A stretch of DNA of 64,000 bases, taken from an uncultured Candidatus Poseidoniales archaeon (GTDB taxonomy: Archaea; Thermoplasmatota; Poseidoniia; Poseidoniales; Thalassarchaeaceae). Every line of letters begins with the position of its first letter. Within the stretch, counting starts at the first letter, position 1. The notes beneath the pieces were generated by a model. That model ran no database searches, was not told the origin of the DNA, and worked only from the letters and a program-made list of their open reading frames with translations. Both the position numbers and the translations under genes were made by a program. The stretch lies in the NCBI GenBank assembly GCA_964585295.1, contig CAZPCY010000008.1, positions 6,295 to 70,294 of the forward strand. The letters run 5' to 3'. Shown here in pieces: positions 59,501 to 64,000 of the stretch.

Positions 59501-59865
59501 CCGCAATCGGTGGAATCGTCGTCTTCATCCTGCTGGCACTGACCCTCGCCCTGACATTCGTGATGCGCGGTGGCAAGCGCGACGAACTAATCCTCAGTGC
59601 CTACGCGCAGCAACTGGTGGAGCAGGGCTACACAGCCGAAGTCGCCCAAGCGCACGCTGCGATGTACGAGCAGCATGCCTCCCAGAGCGAAACCGCAGCG
59701 CCGATGGCGCCAACAGCCGCTACGCCAACCACCGTCGCCGACTACACTCACCTGCCCGCTGGCGGTGATTACCGAACTGGATACCAAGGTGAGACGATCT
59801 ACGTGGAGCCGAGCGGCGTCGCTTGGACGATGCAGGCGGACAACTCGTTCATCCGTAACCAGTAA
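56527..59865 (+). CDS. Large membrane-anchored surface protein (Omp28-like CxxC N-domain, CARDB/Ig/cadherin-like repeats, TM, cytoplasmic tail)
   Basis: Signal peptide; SSDNCVYC; LYAAVTE; SVTVRNRG..DGNAMNN; VTNVNDAP; TM AAIGGIVVFILLALTLALTFVM. Confidence 0.75.
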   Translation: MSSRSALPLILTAMFLFASALALVGPVEETVEERIALNAEPANYGAPSPGHTVFMQYISSDNCVYCYNAGGGSESAHNLKQSNPDEFVYITYSSLDFGSTNDARSGNVAPIWAMNHLGETGGAPTAYLGDSDPAASGSDGQGTRYDSTFSAGGNMHASAADYAIAVQQSVNSTDPADVDIMIQAAYVGTGTPPASTKLYAAVTEEKCGYTYNGGNPGYAHNCWRAWLLNGNSYATTSGTTGGGTGFITMNLQNGPHTEMWTIPGNIVRAQGGNSAGIDNMLTIGAIFSTWSTTAHNHDVYAAGDSSMQPLIDVGIDFVTVANQDGSAGFVSGDTVDLSVTVRNRGAEAYNDGGTIGLYYLQGNQENLIDTTSLNSLTKNGASDTQTFQTTFDTTSITTVSHGQTAFRARLTSLTGDGNAMNNFAQEYISHDMPPGATLPTAVGEDTVITRQPNDVNLSFELKPSINDAVDDVSTMTGSLEVKDLITGAWSDAWVTGGDEVFGQGESAHLKFTVHPPNDAKAGEYDVRTMWTDSRGQSSAWIEYADAFSLMNGLPAVVDGVVPTVKVDTDERISLVGIVSDPETPLNQLQITSTASEFTGWYPADMEIGVRFASDDQTKDASGNYMQQNLQITMDDGTDSNTGTIKINLIENGAPRWSPVQAITMEEGGSTTIALAQYLSDTDDSGQTAPVSALTIQVISNDADGQALITTTVNGQTLVLQTIDDDAHGSTLLTLRAHDGVRHSDTEMMVHVTNVNDAPRLDSTPLENLRVKAGEDAWIDMSGRITDVDTDATNLWIDVSSDVSGGAKWFPANETLRLRFDVEGMKTFSFSLDDNEGGVANIPVTVEVVDALPLTWEQDGVGDLSIATDTLDTGSTPRVTVLNVGPTTLTEIEVNWQLCNSITKQCTDAGREEQFGAFDVVPQSGLGLRLADYLKVTVTGVDSDGFDRKSTEMVFNATEAADDVIGDGSTTDGTGDDGTSTQTEEGMSLSSPAAIGGIVVFILLALTLALTFVMRGGKRDELILSAYAQQLVEQGYTAEVAQAHAAMYEQHASQSETAAPMAPTAATPTTVADYTHLPAGGDYRTGYQGETIYVEPSGVAWTMQADNSFIRNQ

Positions 59866-59978
59866 GCGTCCGGGAAGACCGTTAGTGGCGGAAGGCGTAC
59901 CGCGCCCCTAGGGACGCGGCGACTTCATTGTTGGAGTAGCCGTTGCGGTGATGGTCACAGACCTACACGACTCAATAG

Positions 59979-60695
59979 GTGAGCACGTCTCCGCCAAGCG
60001 TGGCTCCACGTCTCTCCAAGCGCACCTCGATGCTGCTGACGGCGTCGGCCGTCGCCGCGTCGTCAATCGCCATCCATCCTCTGGGCGGAGTCACCTCAGC
60101 CGGACTGCTCCCAGCCATCGGAGTCGCCCTCAGCACTAGGCCGAGCGGTGATGCGCAGCGCAACCGCCTCCTCACCTTCATCGCCGAGCACGAGGGCACA
60201 CACCTAGGTGGTGTGGTCCGTGGGCTAGGTTTTGGCAACCACCAAGCCTCTCTGCACCTCAGCGTTCTGGAACGAGAGGGACGTATTTGGTCTCGCCGTG
60301 ACGGTCGGCTACTCCGCTTCCACACTGTCGAAGGGGTATCTAGAATGACCCCAGTTGGAGAGCTCCCGAGCCCACCCTTCGTCCACGCCCCCGACTCGAT
60401 CCAGATCCGCCTTCTAGACCGACTCGCAAGAGTTCCTAGGGAAGGCAGAGCGGAGGGACCTCTCACACAACGCGAACTCGCGAATGAGATTGGTTGCAGC
60501 CAGCAGCTGATTAGCCACCATCTACGCCAGATGTCTGAGGGGGATCTCGTCCGTTCAAGACGCGTCGGTGTTCGTAAGCGCTGGCTGGTGACGCCGACGG
60601 GATTCTCCGCCCTCCAGGCTGGCTTGGAGGCGCTCCCACTCGATCCCGAGCCCTTGGAGCGAACAGCGCAGGAGGATGCAACTTCCGATCGCTGA
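59979..60695 (+). CDS. Tandem winged-HTH transcription regulator with hydrophobic N-terminus
   Basis: QRNRLLTFI..HEG.H..GNHQASLHL..IWSRRDGRLLRF; TQRELANEIGCSQQLISHHL. Start uncertain. Confidence 0.75.
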   Translation: MSTSPPSVAPRLSKRTSMLLTASAVAASSIAIHPLGGVTSAGLLPAIGVALSTRPSGDAQRNRLLTFIAEHEGTHLGGVVRGLGFGNHQASLHLSVLEREGRIWSRRDGRLLRFHTVEGVSRMTPVGELPSPPFVHAPDSIQIRLLDRLARVPREGRAEGPLTQRELANEIGCSQQLISHHLRQMSEGDLVRSRRVGVRKRWLVTPTGFSALQAGLEALPLDPEPLERTAQEDATSDR

Positions 60696-60820
60696 TTACA
60701 GTCTTCCAAGATTCCTCTTCAGAACCGCTATTTCGAATGAGGGAAGGCTCCCAAATGACACTTGTGAACGAAGTCATCTCCTCGCAACCTATTAGAGCGT
60801 TCTTCGGAGGCCGAGGTGCT

Positions 60821-61003
60821 ATGGCCGTAAGTGATGACGTCCAAGCGATGATCGACACATTGACTGAAGCGATGGGGGATGCAGCGAAGCACGACAAGGG
60901 TGTCGACGCAGCAGGCCGCCGTCTGAGGGGGACGCTCTCTGCGATTGGCAAGAGCTGCAAGACCTTGCGTGGGAAGATTCAGGACGAGCGGAACAGCCGC
61001 TGA
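60821..61003 (+). CDS. Small Hc1-like (histone H1-like family) protein
   Basis: DAAKHDKGVDAAGRRLR..L..I...CK.LR.KIQ resembles the Hc1-family core (D..KF.KGN.AAGTR.RK); GAGGTG Shine-Dalgarno upstream. Confidence 0.75.
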   Translation: MAVSDDVQAMIDTLTEAMGDAAKHDKGVDAAGRRLRGTLSAIGKSCKTLRGKIQDERNSR

Positions 61004-61030
61004 GACCCTCCTCGACTGGAACGGCCTTTT

Positions 61031-61636
61031 TTGGCCCATTCGCGAGACGAAGCAGCGGTAGCGCGGCTAGAGCGCATTGAAGTGCTTCTGACCCATGCAT
61101 CCAGTCGGATGACCGATAAAACTGCGAAGGCCCCGGACTCGTTGCGCAAGCGCGGCCGTCTCCGCCGCGCGGTCGCCATAGGTGGCTTCGCCACTAGCAG
61201 CGCTCGCCGTCTTTCCAAGAGTCTGTCAAAGGAGCAGCGAGCAGAGATGCTCGCCATCGCCAAGGACCCGCAAGCGTGGGGCGACGCCATCGCGAAGGGA
61301 TGGGATGTGACAAAGGTGGAGGCGCTGGAGGCTGGCGACGCCTTCGTGATCCTATCGCGGGTATTGCTGGGTAGGAGAGTGTCTAGAGAGGACCGCAGGA
61401 TAGCTCGCGACAAGTTGGCGTTGGTCGGTACCGTCGTCCCGCCTCTTCGCGTCTTCATGCTCCCCGGCAGCGAGATGCTGCTTGGAGTCGCCGCGGCCGT
61501 AATGCCGTGGCGCTTGGTCCCAGACCGATGGATTCCGATGGAATCACTCCGTGGTGACGAGGAGAAGACGATTCCGAAGCGATCTCGCCTGCTTACGCGC
61601 CATCGACAGGATATCGTCGACGCCCTCGAAGATTGA
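61031..61636 (+). CDS. Hypothetical protein with LETM1-like segment
   Basis: ILSRVLLGRRVSREDRRIARDKLALVGTVVPPLRVFMLPGSEMLLGVAAAVMPWRLVP; start uncertain. Confidence 0.55.
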   Translation: MAHSRDEAAVARLERIEVLLTHASSRMTDKTAKAPDSLRKRGRLRRAVAIGGFATSSARRLSKSLSKEQRAEMLAIAKDPQAWGDAIAKGWDVTKVEALEAGDAFVILSRVLLGRRVSREDRRIARDKLALVGTVVPPLRVFMLPGSEMLLGVAAAVMPWRLVPDRWIPMESLRGDEEKTIPKRSRLLTRHRQDIVDALED

Positions 61637-61717
61637 TTGAACAGCCGCTGGCCCATTAGCACCGGTTTCTGCGATGGTCAGTGACGGCGTCCGTCGTCGA
61701 ATCCAGCAGCCCCCGTC

Positions 61718-63451
61718 TCAAGCCGCTGGGTTTGAGTGGAGAACGGTCCATTGGCCACCACCGTTCATCCAGTCGGCCTCCCCCGTTGCTACCTCGGTCC
61801 ATCCGAAGGGCACCACCCGATCGACACCGGGAGAGAGCACAATCCAACGAACATCCTCAAGCGGACCCCGGTCCGGTATGAAATCCCCATTCAACAACTC
61901 GTCCTGCCATCCGGAGTCGGGAGTCCTCCAATGTCCGGTGATGTCGCGAGAGGCATCTGGATCGATTTCGGTCCGAAAAGTGTAGAGCCAGTGCATTCCC
62001 AGCGTCGCATCGGCGACGAACAGAAAATCGTCCCCATTCTCCATCTCATCCGACAGCACCGTCGCCGCATCATCTGTCCACATAGTTTGTCCGTGCAGGG
62101 CCGTCAGCAGCGATATTGGCAACAGCAGCATGACGCCCATCGCGAGAGACATCGATTTTCCCCTTGGATCCTCCAAGGTCGACAGACCTCCTCCTCTAGG
62201 ATCGTTCGACTCCGATTTGAGCGTCTCCTCTGAATTTTCTCCTACTACAACGACTTCGCAATGCACTGACGATGCCAGCCTGGCCAGCAGCAGGAAGCAT
62301 GGGACCATAATCAGAGAGATGTATCGAGCGTTATTGCCCATGGTCCACATGACCCAAGGCCAAGGCGCATCCCACAGCGCAGCCTCCAAGGTCCAGAGCG
62401 CCGCTACATAGACGGTGATTGCAGCGCCCATCGCAGCGATGAACGCTGCCAATAGGGCAGCGACCCCGTCTCTGACCTCACCAATCCGCACCCATGATTG
62501 GCGTGCGAATGGCCAGATTACCATACCGAACAGAGCGTAGATACCGATCACATCCAAGATGGATACTAGCAGGGCGAGGGAGTAGCGTCCCGGAGCCTCG
62601 GCGATAATTCCGAGCGTACCGCCACCGCCCGCCATGCCAATCGCCACCATGGAACCGCTCACAGCGCCTGCGCTGATCGCAGCCGCGCGTGCTGGCCGTC
62701 TGGTCAACTCGCGCGCCGTTGACCATTGTCGATCTGCGAGAATCCATAGTGCTGCTACGCCGGCAAAGGAGAGACCGAGCGTTGGATTGAATCCCTTGAT
62801 GGCGAGGATGATCGCCATTCCCGGCGAGACGCCCGCAGCCAGTGCGGCGAGAATCGCGGGCCACTCCTGCTCATCTGCCGCAATCCACAACGCGACTGCA
62901 ACCATGACCGCTGCGAGCGCCACCGCCGCTTCCGGGAACACCCGGCCGGTGGCGAAGAGTAGGGTCGGATGGATCGAGACTAGGGCCGCTAGTCGCGGTG
63001 ATCTTTGCCATCGACCCTCGGAGCCCGAGATCGAATCCGACCTGCCTCCTCCGAACGCCCATGCCGCGACGATTAGCCCATAGACGCAAAGCAGGCCGAA
63101 TGCCCTGACTGCGGTCTCGCCGGATGAAGCCGGCAGGAACGAGAACCAGCCGATCGACCTCAAGGGTGCAATGGATGGATCGCTGGCGGCCGGATCGGAG
63201 GTCCTAGTGTGCCCCCAGTCGAGTCGCGCTTCACCGGTGCGTGCCTCCTCGCTTGCCAGCGTCAAGTGGATGTGGGTGTCGAGCCCGAGATCACTGGTCG
63301 CGCAAACCCAAGCGCTCAGCACGATGCCGAGTAGCAGTAGCGCCCACCAGGTTCTATCGTCATCGATTGGATCCCACCAAGAGGCATTCGCATCATCGAT
63401 GGATTCACGCCCCTTGCCGTCAACCTCCACGACCACCTCTCCATCGGCCAT
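61718..63451 (-). CDS. Polytopic membrane protein with C-terminal soluble domain (GT-C-like topology)
   Basis: About 11-12 TM helices, Asp-containing first loop (SDLGLD), NARY motif before the last helices. Confidence 0.6.
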   Translation of the reverse strand: MADGEVVVEVDGKGRESIDDANASWWDPIDDDRTWWALLLLGIVLSAWVCATSDLGLDTHIHLTLASEEARTGEARLDWGHTRTSDPAASDPSIAPLRSIGWFSFLPASSGETAVRAFGLLCVYGLIVAAWAFGGGRSDSISGSEGRWQRSPRLAALVSIHPTLLFATGRVFPEAAVALAAVMVAVALWIAADEQEWPAILAALAAGVSPGMAIILAIKGFNPTLGLSFAGVAALWILADRQWSTARELTRRPARAAAISAGAVSGSMVAIGMAGGGGTLGIIAEAPGRYSLALLVSILDVIGIYALFGMVIWPFARQSWVRIGEVRDGVAALLAAFIAAMGAAITVYVAALWTLEAALWDAPWPWVMWTMGNNARYISLIMVPCFLLLARLASSVHCEVVVVGENSEETLKSESNDPRGGGLSTLEDPRGKSMSLAMGVMLLLPISLLTALHGQTMWTDDAATVLSDEMENGDDFLFVADATLGMHWLYTFRTEIDPDASRDITGHWRTPDSGWQDELLNGDFIPDRGPLEDVRWIVLSPGVDRVVPFGWTEVATGEADWMNGGGQWTVLHSNPAA

Positions 63452-63492
63452 CCGACCTTGCTCCAGCGTCGCCGCCTTGAGTGCGTCGCCAT

Positions 63493-64000
63493 TCAGAAGT
63501 CGAAGAGAGTCGACTGTCCAGCCTGTCGCAGTCGACCGGCGCCGCGCATGCGATCGAGCGGATTCTGCATTCTTCGATCGCTGAATCCCATCTCGCCTTG
63601 CAGGTAGTCCCGCAGCGCCACCTCGTCGGCCATGCCGTGATGTGGCAACCCCACTTCACCAGCCGGATGGTCGTGGAAGAGCGCCCGGATTTCATCGAGT
63701 CGTTCGGGAATTTCCTTCCCCTTCACCTCGCACACCGCTTCGACGCTACCGTGCTCCCGGATCAGCTTCAATCCGGTCTTCGGTCCGATTCCTCTGATGC
63801 CGGGATGGAAGTCTGTCCCCACCATGATTCCGAGATCCACCAAGCGATCTCGATCGATCTCATGCGCCGAGAGCATCGCTTCCAGATTGATCCTCTCGGC
63901 GTGCAGTACGCGGCCAAACCGCCGCGATCCATGTGCCATCAGGTTGCGCACCATCACCGGGCTGCCGTACAGCAGGGTGTCCCAATCCTGACTCGCCATC
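63493..64000 (-). CDS. fen: Flap endonuclease 1, C-terminal part (truncated by window edge)
   Basis: SQDWDTLLYGSP, GTDF.PGIRGIGPKTGLKLI, C-terminal PIP box QSTLFDF. Confidence 0.95.
   Translation of the reverse strand, partial: MASQDWDTLLYGSPVMVRNLMAHGSRRFGRVLHAERINLEAMLSAHEIDRDRLVDLGIMVGTDFHPGIRGIGPKTGLKLIREHGSVEAVCEVKGKEIPERLDEIRALFHDHPAGEVGLPHHGMADEVALRDYLQGEMGFSDRRMQNPLDRMRGAGRLRQAGQSTLFDF

Overview
GC-rich, gene-dense archaeal chromosomal segment. Archaeal identity rests on the rps13-rps4-rps11-rpoD cluster, FEN1 with a PIP box, an archaeal type IV pilin, type II Met aminopeptidase and pantoate kinase. The thrombospondin-type-3-repeat and Ig-like surface proteins together with several bacterial-type genes suggest marine Thermoplasmatota, probably Marine Group II/Poseidoniales (inference). 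Besides housekeeping genes (glmM-like, pckA, leuS, trxA, rpe, map, tsaC, fen), the window has a more AT-rich surface-glycan locus (~29.9-45.9 kb: flippase, two AsnB-type amidotransferases, three GT4s, one GT2, a heparinase II/III-like protein and a nucleotide-sugar dehydrogenase) ending at a pilin gene. It also has a 19.5-28.5 kb cluster of unusual signalling architectures: a membrane-spanning protein with four Ig/BsuPI-like ectodomain repeats and a tandem wHTH tail, a WD40+TSP3 surface protein, and a sensor-less wHTH-STAND ATPase. Other leads are a LETM1-like protein next to an Hc1-like protein, a CDIN1/C15orf41-like nuclease with an Arg/Gly-rich tail, an apparently chimeric LeuRS and two structured non-coding elements. 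I saw no tRNA, rRNA, CRISPR array or transposase. All family assignments come from reading motifs by eye; no database search was run.
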